DNA of 63,225 nt, the filler included, from Octopus bimaculoides (taxonomy: Eukaryota): the NCBI RefSeq assembly GCF_001194135.2. It is 3 parts of 3 records of this genome, joined end to end, with 100 filler letters (N's around TTAATTAATTAA, not from the genome) between each part and the next. Parts side by side here need not be neighbours in the genome. Positions count along the whole stretch, not along the records: positions 1 to 31,796 come from NC_069003.1; 2 more parts are not named here. One strand, given 5' to 3'. The translations under genes and the position numbers were made by a program. Positions 12,905 to 24,365 of this stretch are shown here, in pieces. Each line of letters starts with the position of its first letter. Positions within the stretch are counted from its first letter, which is position 1. The notes under the pieces were generated by a model. That model saw only the letters and a list, made by a program, of their open reading frames with translations. It had not been told where the DNA came from and searched no databases.

Positions 12905-12955
12905 ACTGAAAGAAGCCTGTCGTGTACATATATNNNNNNNNNNNNNNNNNNNNNN

Positions 12956-12997
<42 letters not shown>

Positions 12998-12999
12998 AC

Positions 13000-13440
13000 T
13001 AAATGGAGTTAAACACGGGTGTTATTCAAATTCTTTTACTTCCGACACATGTTTCGAAGACACCATTGGTATTATTCCAAAGGAATGAAATGGTGTAAAA
13101 CAATGTAATCTTCTCTTCAGAGAAATGAAGAAATGAAACTCGTCAATAAGACATTTTAACCGAATATGATGGATATGTATAGTGATGAACTGAATGCTAT
13201 TAAGTTTTTTTTAAAAAAGGTTCGTGGATATAATGTCAAAGGTAGCCTATAGAAAGAGGCGGGGTAAAGGAAGGAAAAAAATCAGAAACCAAATAAATGA
13301 GAAGTATAGAACGATATGTTAAATTAAATAAAAGCCTAAAGCCTTGGAAGAAGATATATCTAGTGGAAGTGAAATGTAAGAAGCATATCAATGTTAAAAT
13401 TATATATAATGGTAGATATCACTTATATGAACTAAAGGTG
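13000..13440 (-). mobile_element. Probable Penelope-like element terminal fragment in the (TA)n linker of a SINE
   Basis: Contains the hammerhead above, with a pyrimidine-rich stretch upstream on the minus strand. No RT or GIY-YIG coding seen, so the call is an inference. Confidence 0.4.
13039..13125 (-). ncRNA. Penelope-type minimal type I hammerhead ribozyme candidate
   Basis: Minus strand: tttct-CTGAAGA-GAAGA...ACACCATT...AATGGTG-TCTTC-GAAA-C-ATGT-GTC-ggaag. Intact core, stem II GAAGA/TCTTC, GUC site, stem I tttct/ggaag with two G-U pairs. Confidence 0.6.
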
Positions 13441-15174
13441 TGTTTCTGCCAATGTTTACATCGATAAGCATGTCTTTGTCTGTGTTTGTCCCCGCTATCA
13501 TTGCTTGTCAACCAGTATTAGTGTGTTTACAAACCCGTAACTTAGTGGTTCAAAAATGAGACCAATAGAATAAGTACAAGGGTTAAAAATAGGTCCTGCG
13601 GTCAAATTCTTTGACAAAAACACTTTAAGGTGGTGCTCCAGCATGGCCAGTCAAATGACAATAAGAAGTAAAAAAAAATATGAGTGTGTGTGTGCACACA
13701 TGTTCACACACACACATATATACACACATACATACATATATATTTACACACACATATAAATGTATGTAGTTGATGAAATAAACTATGTTACAAAATCGCT
13801 TTAATACTCCTGTAAAAAAAAAATTAATTGTAAAATATTCAAGATAGGTATATAAACATTTTCTAAAAAATGCCTGAAGCCGAATTCCCGATCTATTAAT
13901 ATCATCTTACAATGAAATCTCTACAAAAAACCCCAAAAATCTCAATAGTTGTAGAGGAAAATCACACATGGACACAAAAGACATAACTCACAAATACAAG
14001 TATATCACATAAATACAAGCACATACGTTCATATACATATATTATACGTGTATCAACATATCCTTCATACTAAAATACATTCAGCCGTGCTTTGCAGTAT
14101 TATTATAATGATGCACTGAAAAAATCTGGGAGGAAGTGAAACACTGGACTATAATGCTACAAGAAGAAGAACAAGAAATGAATAAGAGAAAAGCAGGAAA
14201 CGAAGAAAAATCATTTGGCTTGACCCACCCTGTAAGCTGAATGGTAACATCGTCAAAGAGCCATATATTTTTTTAGAGTTCATCTGAAAGTATTTTTTCA
14301 TACAACCATATACACTGCAAACTGTTTAATGAAAAGGTTGTAAAAGTTAGAGATGGTTCTACTCGTATTGATATCATTGTTAGTTGATAGCTTGAAGCTA
14401 TTAGTGTTGTATAACACCAGAATGCAGGCAGCAACAGTAACATAATACTCTCTCTCTCTAGCTGATGATCATGTAAATATCTGACAAAGGCACTAATGTA
14501 GCATACAGAATCAAAGTACTGTGTATCAATAAATATATCTGCTCGTGAAACAGAAACCAAAGAAGTTCAATGTTCTCTAAGTATACCTGGAGCTTGAGGG
14601 AGAAGAAAATTAACTGCACAGTAATAGATTGATGATCTGTAAGTTTAAATTGCAACATGAAATGCAGAAAAAAACAAACAAAACAAAAGAAAAAAAAAGA
14701 CAAAAAAGAAATGTTGTTTTTGCTATTCTGAAGCTCAACAGAAACTAAGAGATTGTACTAAAGTGTAGACACAAGAACAAACACCTCTTTAAACGCAGAG
14801 ACAACCCAATTTATAGCAGCAACAGTTTTACTGCTAAATACCTAACTAGAGCAGCTATTTTATCCAAATTAACACACCCAACCAAATATACACCAGTGTA
14901 GCCATGCCTACATTATTCAACCTCTTCTGCAGTCTTCCTCTTCTGTTAGTTTCTTCCACATAGATCTCCTGGAACTTCTTTATTTACCTGCCATCATTCA
15001 TATACCTTATATATCCATACAGTCTCTCTTATATACTATAACCGAGTGCTCTTGTACCCAGTTTGTCTCTCAGCTAATCTGTGCCTCATCGTACATGAAC
15101 ACTAACACAACACATCCAGTGAATCATGCTTGCTTGATTTCTTTCCAGACTTTGCCACATCCTCATGTATAGTC

Positions 15175-15297
15175 ATCACCATCATCATCATGATGTCCAC
15201 TTTTCCATACCTGCGTGGGTTGGATGAAATGGGTTGAGGTGGATTTTGTATGGCCTGATGCCTTTTATGTCATCAACCCTCACCTGTTCCTAAGCAA
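15175..15297 (-). mobile_element. Element fragment with the RTE-type (GAT)n tail
   Basis: catcatcatcatgatgtccacttttccatacctgcgtgggttgg...tggcctgatgcc. Confidence 0.55.
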
Positions 15298-15441
15298 CAC
15301 ACACACACACACATATATATACACATACAAATATACACACACACTCACACATATATATATATATATATATACGTATATAAACACACACACCGACACACAT
15401 AGATAGACATATATGCATACTTAAATACATAAACATGCATT

Positions 15442-15714
15442 TTCGAGCGAGATCGTTGCCAGTGCCCCTGGACTGGCTTGTGCGGGTGGCACATAAAAGA
15501 CACCATTTCGAGCGTGGCCGTTTTCGTGCGGGTGACACGTAAAAGCACCCACTACACTCTCTGAGTGGTTGGCGTTAGGAAGGGCATCCAGCTGTAGAAA
15601 CTCTGCCAAATCAGACTGGAGCCTGGTGTTGCCATCCGGTTTCACCAGTCCTCAGTCAAATCGTCCAACCCATGCTAGCATGGAAAGCGGACGTTAAATG
15701 ATGATGATGATGAT
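15442..15714 (+). mobile_element. RTE LINE 3' UTR, 5'-truncated (about two internal units)
   Basis: gagcgagatcgttgccagtg...gagtggttggcgttaggaagggcatccagctgtagaaac...ggacgttaaatgatgatgatg. Confidence 0.85.
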
Positions 15715-15799
15715 GCACACATATATACACACACATACATATATATATACACACACACACACACATATATATACACACATGTACACAATGTGTACATTG

Positions 15800-15960
15800 G
15801 GCTTCTTTAAGTTTCTATCTTACCAACTCCACTAACAAGGTTTTGGCTGACCTGCTGTTATAGTAAAAGGCACTTTCCCAAGATGCTGTGCAGTGGGATT
15901 GAACCTGAAGCCATATAGTTGGAAAATAAACTTTCTAACTACAACAGCTCTGTTCATGTA
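15800..15960 (-). mobile_element. SINE family A, 5' half, decayed
   Basis: gggcttctttaagtttc...cactttcccaagatgctgtgcagtgggattgaacc. Confidence 0.65.
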
Positions 15961-16359
15961 CATTATTGGCAGAAACAACTTCCTGAGTGAAGAAGAAGAA
16001 AATATAGTTGAAACTATTAAGTTTAATCTAATACTTTTATATACTCTGCAAACATATATATGTGTGTGTTGTGTGGTGGGGGTACCCTGCTGAAATTCAA
16101 ATAAACAAGCGCTATTTGCATTTGGTATTATAAAATTATGCAATAAAATTTGATACATGCCCACTCGTAGACACATCCATAACCATATACATATACACAA
16201 AACATGCATCAACACATACACACACGCATACTTATTCAGATATGGAATGGCAGTTTCTATGACATTTCAAAATTGTCAGAGAGAATAAACATTATTCTGT
16301 AAAATTTTTACGTTTCCACAGAAATTCAGAAATTCCATATTTACTATTAACTACTACAG

Positions 16360-16870
16360 AGTCAAGTTTGTGTATCTAGGGAGCACCCATAGTAAGGCTT
16401 GATCCCTGAACCACCTGTCCTCTGCAAAAATCGTACTCACATCACATTACAGCCCTAAGACAGAACTAGTTCACCTCAACTGGATCAATTCTTTTTAACA
16501 TCATGCCAAGACATATAACAGAAAAAAAGATCTCATAGCAAGCAAATGGTCCCTGAAACCACCAACATCTGGATATATCTCTGCAAGGGCTACGTTGCCC
16601 AAAGACTGGCTGTAATACGAAACATCATTAACTCATTAACAATTAAACCAGTCATGTCCAGCCAAAATATTGTACCTGTTTTGTGTTTACACTGACCAGA
16701 TCCAGCCTATTCAACCTACCCTACAATGTCATTCTAGAAAGTCTGGAAAGAAATCAAGCAAGCATGATTCACTGGATGTGTTGTGTCAGTGTTCATGTAC
16801 GATGAGGCACAGATTAGCTGAGAGACAAACTGGGTATAAGAGCGATTGGTTATAGTATATAAGAGAGACA
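16360..16870 (+). mobile_element. RTE LINE ORF2 remnant (post-RT region)
   Basis: Translates VKFVYLGS at ~16363 and ASMIHWMCCVSVHVR*GTD*LRDKLGIRAI at ~16758-16848. Matches the F.YLG and M.RWMC.V....R....LR.KLG motifs of RTE ORF2. Confidence 0.7.
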
Positions 16871-16969
16871 AATACATCATTGAAATCTCAAAGCTACAAA
16901 ATAATGCCTGGTTACATTATTTACATTATTTACATTTGATGGATATTTGTCCTCATCTTGTTTGTTGTT

Positions 16970-17015
16970 AACACAACGTTTCAGCTGATATACCCTCCAG
17001 CCTTCATCAGGTGTC
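16970..17015 (-). ncRNA. Minimal type I hammerhead ribozyme (best-preserved copy)
   Basis: Minus strand GACAC-CTGATGA-A-GGCTG gagggtatat CAGCT-GAAA-CGTT-GTGTT. Stem I GACAC/GTGTT, stem II GGCTG/CAGCT, palindromic AACGTT as stem III. Confidence 0.7.
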
Positions 17016-17086
17016 TTGGGGAAATTTCAAACCTGGGTCCTCATTCCTAAGGTATTTTTCGATGCTATTATTATTATTATTATTAA

Positions 17087-17335
17087 GGCCCACAGGCATA
17101 TGGTGTAGCAGTTAAGAGCGCGGGCTACTAACCCCAAAATTCCGAGTTCGATTCCAGGCAGTGACCTTAATAATAATAATAATAACATTGAAAAATACCT
17201 TAGGAATGAGAACCGAGGTTCGAAATTTCCCCAAGACAGCTGAAGAAGGCTGGAGGGTATATCAGCCGAAACGTTGTGTTAACAACAAACAAGATGAGGA
17301 CAAATATCCATCAAATGTAAATAATGTAAATAACG
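17087..17335 (+). mobile_element. tRNA-headed, hammerhead-bearing non-autonomous retroelement
   Basis: Head tggtgtagcagttaagagcgcgggctactaacccc...gagttcgattcc, then (AAT)n, then aaaaataccttaggaatgagaacc...ctgaagaaggctggagggtatatcagccgaaacgttgtgtt (17235-17280), then tail (aatgtaaat)n. The same order recurs at 53928-54165. Confidence 0.8.
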
Positions 17336-17924
17336 TAATCAGGCATTATTTTGTAGCTTTGAGATTTCAATGATGTATTTGTCTCTCTTATATACTATAA
17401 CCAATTGCTCTTATACCCAGTTTGTCTCTCAGCTAATCTGTGCCTCATCATACATGAACACTGACACAACACATATCCTTCATACTAAAATACATTCAGC
17501 CGTGCTTTGCAGTATTATTATTATTAGAATGATGCACAGAGAAAATCTGGGAGGAAGTGAAACACTGGACTATATGCTACAAGAAGAAGAACAAGAAATG
17601 AATAAGATGAGGACAAATATCCGTCAAATGTAAATAATGTACATAATTCCTCATCTCTTAGATATGGAACTGAATGCCTGATTAATTCAAAACAGTGTGA
17701 ATAAAAAAGCATTACTTCTGACTGGGTGATCTGAACACTAAAAGGTTAAATGTTTTTTTCCAGTTGGTGGTGCTTTTAATTTAGTCATGACCTAGGATAA
17801 TTCTGGCCAAAGCTTATGTAAGTATCTAAGTACACGTACCCATGTACCAATGACAATGAAATCTTGGTAAAGTAAGTCTAGTGATGCTTCCACACGGGCA
17901 GAGGGTTTCTCCCACCCTTGCTCT

Positions 17925-18190
17925 AAATGGTAACTTTACCCATCACTGTGGTTTTGTGGCTAGAAGCAAAGCAGGCCTTGCCATCCACTCAAGAAAACAC
18001 ATAATAGATGATCCACAAGGATTCAGGTAAACTGAGTCCTTAACTTGTTCCCTTTGCCAAAAGGTTTGCAAGGCACCAGCAGCCCTCAAGAGACACATTT
18101 GTGTCCATAGGACATGATAAACGCTTTATTTTACTAAACCCTCATTTGTTGTTCATGACAAGAGAGTTCATAATCATCATGATCATCATT
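17925..18190 (+). mobile_element. RTE-like LINE 3' end with two C2H2 finger remnants
   Basis: HHCGFVARSKAGLAIHSRKH...*TESLTCSLCQKVCKAPAALKRHICVHRT*, followed by a short UTR and a (CAT)n tail. Confidence 0.6.
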
Positions 18191-18221
18191 TTCATCATAC
18201 ATACATACATATATATATATA

Positions 18222-18637
18222 TTGCCAGAGCAGCTGTCTGGCTCTTGTGCTAGTGGCCCGTAAATAGCACTATTAGAGCGTAATCGTTAGCAGAGTCGCC
18301 TTCTAGCACTTGTGCCGGTGGCACGTTAGAAAATCATTTGAGCGAGGTCGTTGCCAGTGCCGCTGGACTGGCTCCTGTGCAGGTGGCATGTAAAAAACAC
18401 CTTTTTGAGCGTGGCCGTTGCCAGTACCGTGTGACTGGCCCTTGTGCCAGTGGCACGTAAAAGCACCCACTACACTCTCGGAGTGGTTGGCGTTAGGAAG
18501 GGCATCCAGCTGTAGAAACTCTGCCAGATCAGATTGGAGCCTGGTGTAGCCATCTGGTTTGCCAGTCCTCAGTCAAATCGTCTAACCCATGCTAGCATGG
18601 AAAGCAGACGTTAAACGATGATGATGATGATGATGAT
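18222..18637 (+). mobile_element. RTE LINE 3' UTR with about four internal units
   Basis: Same units and tail as 9852-10340. Confidence 0.85.
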
Positions 18638-19060
18638 ATGTATGTGTGTGTATATATATATATGTGTGTGTGTATATATATATGTATATACATGTACCAA
18701 AAGATAAGAGAGATTAATAAATCCAGGTAGATATCTATTAAGTACTCAGTGTTAAGTGAACTCGGTTAACTGTCTCATATACACACAGGTATATACATAC
18801 AGGTATACACATACACACAAATGCAGAAAAGGAAACAGAAAAGGAGAGGAGGAGAGAAAGGAAAGAAAAGCCAGGTTAATGGCAGTTTTAGGAAACATGT
18901 TGTTGTTGTTGTTGTTCCTGTTTTTAAACCAGGAAAGTATATAGTTTAGAATATGGAGGATTCAAGTCAACAGCTTAACAAAGAAATAACCTTTTAGACA
19001 TCAGAAATGGTGGAGTGGTGGAGTTGCTGGTGGTGGGGAGGGCTATGATGGATACACACA

Positions 19061-19100
<40 letters not shown>

Positions 19101-19557
19101 TACATATGCATATATATATGTGTGTGTGTATGAATATACATACACACATACACACAGACAGAAAGATGACATAGAGGAAAAGATGATGGAGTAGGGCTTT
19201 GATAGAGGAAAAGAAAGAGAAAGAGAGAGAGAGGGAGATGGAGAGAAAGAGAGAGAGGGGAAGGAGAGATAGAGAGAGAGGGAGGGAGAGAAAGAAAGAG
19301 AGAGAGGGGGGGAAGCGAAATGGGATCTATATAATGGAGTAACACATCACATCACATGGAGGGGGTGGGAGTGAAGGGCTACTAAAGAGAGAGGGAAGGA
19401 GGGAGGGAGGGAGAGAGAGAGAGAAAGAAGAGATGGAGGGTATTGTGCTAGTGGCAGAAGGATTTGATGGAAGTCAAGCAAGATAGATAGATAAAGAAAA
19501 AGGACTGAGATGGGGAGGGGAGACAATGATAAACATTTCACTGGGCAAGTGGAGGTA

Positions 19558-19609
<52 letters not shown>

Positions 19610-20179
19610 CNNNNNNNNNNNNNNNNNNNNNNNNNNNNNNNNNNNNNNNNNNNNNNNNNNNNNNNNNNNNNNNNNNNNNNNNNNNNNNNNNNNNNNNNNN
19701 NNNNNNNNNNNNNNNNNNNNNNNNNNNNNNNNNNNNNNNNNNNNNNNNNNNNNNNNNNNNNNNNNNNNNNNNNNNNNNNNNNNNNNNNNNNNNNNNNNNN
19801 NNNNNNNNNNNNNNNNNNNNNNNNNNNNNNNNNNNNNNNNNNNNNNNNNNNNNNNNNNNNNNNNNNNNNNNNNNNNNNNNNNNNNNNNNNNNNNNNNNNN
19901 NNNNNNNNNNNNNNNNNNNNNNNNNNNNNNNNNNNNNNNNNNNNNNNNNNNNNNNNNNNNNNNNNNNNNNNNNNNNNNNNNNNNNNNNNNATATGTATAT
20001 ATATATATAGATAGATAGATGAATAGATGGATAAATGAATGGATAGACATATAGATAGCTATATGGATGGATGGTCAGCTAGATGGATGGTAGGATAGAT
20101 AAATAACTGGACAGGTAGATAGAAAGATACACAGACAGGTGGATAAATAGATACATAGAAAGGTAGGAAGATAGATTTT

Positions 20180-20215
<36 letters not shown>

Positions 20216-20577
20216 GGATAAAGAGAGAGATGGATGGATAGGTGGATGGTTACAGACAGATAGATGGGTGGATAGAAAGAGACAGAGAGAAAGAAAGAGT
20301 GGAGAGTTAGGGTGAGATAGAGATGAGGGTAATGTGATGGATGGATGGACATCTCTCAGTGAAATTGAAAAAAACAACAAGAAAACAACAACAACACACA
20401 CACAATCCTGCTCATTATCTATGTTCAGAATCGCTGTCAACATCAGAATTAATAATATCAAACTCCATCACTGCTGTTCTCTTCAGGGAAAACCTTTCAG
20501 AGTTTATATCATGGAGAAATCCTCTTTGACATCTACCATTATTGCTCCCTCTCTCCCTCTTTCTACATATCTCTCTA

Positions 20578-20642
<65 letters not shown>

Positions 20643-20659
20643 ATCTATCTATCTATCTA

Positions 20660-20694
<35 letters not shown>

Positions 20695-22051
20695 ATCTAT
20701 CACTATTCTCTGGCCTTCACTACCTATGTCACTCCTACTCTCTTTCTCCTGCCCACAGGCACACCTTCCCTCTGACTCCTCCTCTTCTCCCTTTACTGTC
20801 TCTTTTGCTTTACATCATGTTTATGGTGAACAATTATTAATGTGTAAAAAATACAAACACACACACCGATATATATGTGTGTGTATATATATACACACAC
20901 ACACATATATATGCATGCATATATATATATATATACATACACACACATATATATGCATGCATATATATATATANNNNNNNNNNNNNNNNNNNNNNNNNNN
21001 NNNNNNNNNNNNNNNNNNNNNNNNNNNNNNNNNNNNNNNNNNNNNNNNNNNNNNNNNNNNNNNNNNNNNNNNNNNNNNNNNNNNNNNNNNNNNNNNNNNN
21101 NNNNNNNNNNNNNNNNNNNNNNNNNNNNNNNNNNNNNNNNNNNNNNNNNNNNNNNNNNNNNNNNNNNNNNNNNNNNNNNNNNNNNNNNNNNNNNNNNNNN
21201 NNNNNNNNNNNNNNNNNNNNNNNNNNNNNNNNNNNNNNNNNNNNNNNNNNNNNNNNNNNNNNNNNNNNNNNNNNNNNNNNNNNNNNNNNNNNNNNNNNNN
21301 NNNNNNNNNNNNNNNNNNNNNNNNNNNNNNNNNNNNNNNNNNNNNNNNNNNNNNNNNNNNNNNNNNNNNNNNNNNNNNNNNNNNNNNNNNNNNNNNNNNN
21401 NNNNNNNNNNNNNNNNNNNNNNNNNNNNNNNNNNNNNNNNNNNNNNNNNNNNNNNNNNNNNNNNNNNNNNNNNNNNNNNNNNNNNNNNNNNNNNNNCAGT
21501 CTATCTATCTATCTATCTATCTATTTATCTATCTATGTATCTATCTATGCATGTATGTATGTATGTATGTATCTATCTATCTATTCACCCACCCACCATG
21601 TTAATCCACCCAAATACCTACCTTCCTGCCTACCTGCCTACCAATCAATCTAACTACTTATCTATCTATCCATCCCTCTATTTGCCTATTATTTACCTAT
21701 TATCGCTTATCCTCTCTTGTTTGCATCCTATTTCATGCAACAGTCTCTTTTTTCGCTCTAACTCTCGCAATTTCAAGTATCTTCCTGAGAATCAGATATT
21801 AAAAAAAAAAAAAACCCTCACAAAACAAAACAAAACAAGTATACAGTGAAACAAACAGGTATTTTGTGCTGATTAATGAAACCCCAACTTCAGCACCTTG
21901 TCCTTTTTTTTTTATGGTTCCTCAGAATATGTTAGATTCTGCCACATATTTTGACATATCCTGTTTAAATATCCATGCCTCCCACACAGGAAACCTGTAG
22001 CTGGTGGAGCCAATAATATATCCACAAATTTAAAAAGGATCAGTCATATAT

Positions 22052-22088
<37 letters not shown>

Positions 22089-22469
22089 ATGTGTATGTGT
22101 ATGCGTGTGTGTATAAATCTGTGTGTGTGCGTGTGTGTTTATATTGCTAGAGAGGCCACAAGCCAACAGGTTTGAGATCTGAAGATACGCCATAAAGCTA
22201 AGTGCTTTATTGATGAGAAACCCAGGGTAATCCTATAAACCAACCATATCTAACTATATCTATATAATATATGGCTCTATAACTTAGAGTGTGTTTCTTT
22301 TTCGGATTTATGTTTTACCAACAATGTATATATATATATATATATAGTAATAATGGGAACTTTGGATGGAAATTCATAAATTCTTTGATGCAATGCTACA
22401 TATGTTTCCACAAACCTCATGCTTTAGTTGTTGTAATCCCTATATTACAAACAAGATTTGCAAAATTCA

Positions 22470-22839
22470 TGGCTTCGAACGCTGGGCCTCACCGAGGCAA
22501 TGACAAGTGACCAAGACCTCTGGAGATATGCTGTGCTTGAGAAGACCTGTTGAGGCAATTGAGACCATAACCGTGGCCTATGCCAGTGCTGTATAACCAG
22601 CCCATTTAAGAGTACCTGTCAATCAATGGACGATAAACTATGCTTGCGAAGACCTGTTGAGGCAAGTGAAATCACTGTCGTGGCTGATGGCAGTACCACC
22701 TGATTGGCACCCGTGCCAGTGGAACATTAAAAGCACCATTTGAGCGTGATCATTGCCATGGCTGCTGACTGGCTCCCGTGCTGGTGACACATAAAAGAAG
22801 CACCATTCAAGCGTGGTTGTTGCCAGTGCCGTTGGACTG
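22470..22839 (+). mobile_element. RTE LINE ORF end plus 3' UTR (runs into a gap)
   Basis: ggcctcaccgaggcaatgacaagtgaccaagacctctggagatatgctgtgcttgagaagacc = GLTEAMTSDQDLWRYAVLEKT (D...WR motif), followed by the ~60-bp-unit UTR. Confidence 0.75.
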
Positions 22840-23561
22840 NNNNNNNNNNNNNNNNNNNNNNNNNNNNNNNNNNNNNNNNNNNNNNNNNNNNNNNNNNNNN
22901 NNNNNNNNNNNNNNNNNNNNNNNNNNNNNNNNNNNNNNNNNNNNNNNNNNNNNNNNNNNNNNNNNNNNNNNNNNNNNNNNNNNNNNNNNNNNNNNNNNNN
23001 NNNNNNNNNNNNNNNNNNNNNNNNNNNNNNNNNNNNNNNNNNNNNNNNNNNNNNNNNNNNNNNNNNNNNNNNNNNNNNNNNNNNNNNNNNNNNNNNNNNN
23101 NNNNNNNNNNNNNNNNNNNNNNNNNNNNNNNNNNNNNNNNNNNNNNNNNNNNNNNNNNNNNNNNNNNNNNNNNNNNNNNNNNNNNNNNNNNNNNNNNNNN
23201 NNNNNNNNNNNNNNNNNNNNNNNNNNNNNNNNNNNNNNNNNNNNNNNNNNNNNNNNNNNNNNNNNNNNNNNNNNNNNNNNNNNNNNNNNNNNNNNACATA
23301 CTGTTGACAAGTGCAGATGATAGTTAGCAAGGTGAGACACACATAAGAAAGAAGGAAACAAAGGACCACTGATGAGGTCACAGAAGTGTAACGAAAGAAC
23401 TCTGGCCGAAATAAGATTAAGATTAATGTAATATAAAGCTGAAGCAAATTAACACCAAATATACAGTGCATGTGTTTTTATTGGCTAAACTGGCAATATG
23501 ACCATCCCCAAGTACAACAACATCTGTTTCAACACACGATTTCACATCAAAAATCTTGCAA

Positions 23562-23593
<32 letters not shown>

Positions 23594-24319
23594 CGCATCT
23601 ACCTAAACACATACGCAAACACACACACAATCACTCTCTAGATTTTTGGTATATCCATGGACTAACTTCATACTCCAATATGTCCAATATTTTGTTATAA
23701 GGACAGACAGTAGGCTGTTATTTCTAGCATGATGAAGTTCCCTAGTTGGCTTAGAGTTGCCTGAATTTAGTTCAGTGACGTTTGATTCCAAGAAATGCAC
23801 ATTAACAATGACACTTGCATGCAGTCATTCATGCATTTTATATTAATCATCAGTAAATGGTTACAAAACGAGCTTTTCATAACATGAATTCACTGGGCGA
23901 TAACTATATCTTTATTTTCAAAGACCTCCAAATGTCACCTGATTCCCTCCATCAATCTTGTTGAAATTCAGTATAGTAATGCAATTAATTAGAACAATAC
24001 CTGTCATATAACAGGCAATGTGGAGCACATACTGCTGACACTGTTGGTAAGTGCAGATGATATTACAGATGTTAATGGTTAAACAATAGCATTGTTATTG
24101 ATAACATATGGCTGTAGCAAACAGACTAAAGAAACATGCATTCATTTGAATATGATTTAATGAATATTTTTATTATGAAAATTCCGTATTCATTTCAATA
24201 GTATTTATTCAACGTGGAATTTGAAGACAAAAAAACCAAAAACAAACAAAAAGAAGCATTAACTAAAATAATCATTATTGTACCTAGTATGTAACATTAG
24301 CTGATATCAACCATCAATA

Positions 24320-24365
<46 letters not shown>

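Larger units (their letters stand above)
12578..13675 (+). mobile_element. SINE family A split by two later insertions
   Basis: 5' half at 12578-12732 and 12905-12930; 3' half at ~13470-13675 (ggtgctccagcatggccagtc). Confidence 0.7.
16776..17474. repeat. Long inverted repeat (~305-bp arms, ~85-bp spacer)
   Basis: 16776-17084 is the reverse complement of ~17168-17474 with few mismatches. The spacer holds a tRNA-like head. Confidence 0.9.

Noticed and set aside
14273-14560. 95-aa hydrophobic minus-strand ORF
   Set aside because: No recognisable domain, an in-frame stop just upstream, and it includes a (GA)n run.
20420-20535. Protein-like acidic minus-strand frame (FDIINSDVDSDSEHR*)
   Set aside because: Upstream sequence is purine-rich with no acceptor, and no family was recognised.
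23365-23425. CTGATGA-GGTCA...TGGCC-GAAA hammerhead-like core
   Set aside because: Stem II is possible, but no stem I or stem III partner was found in type I or type III topology.
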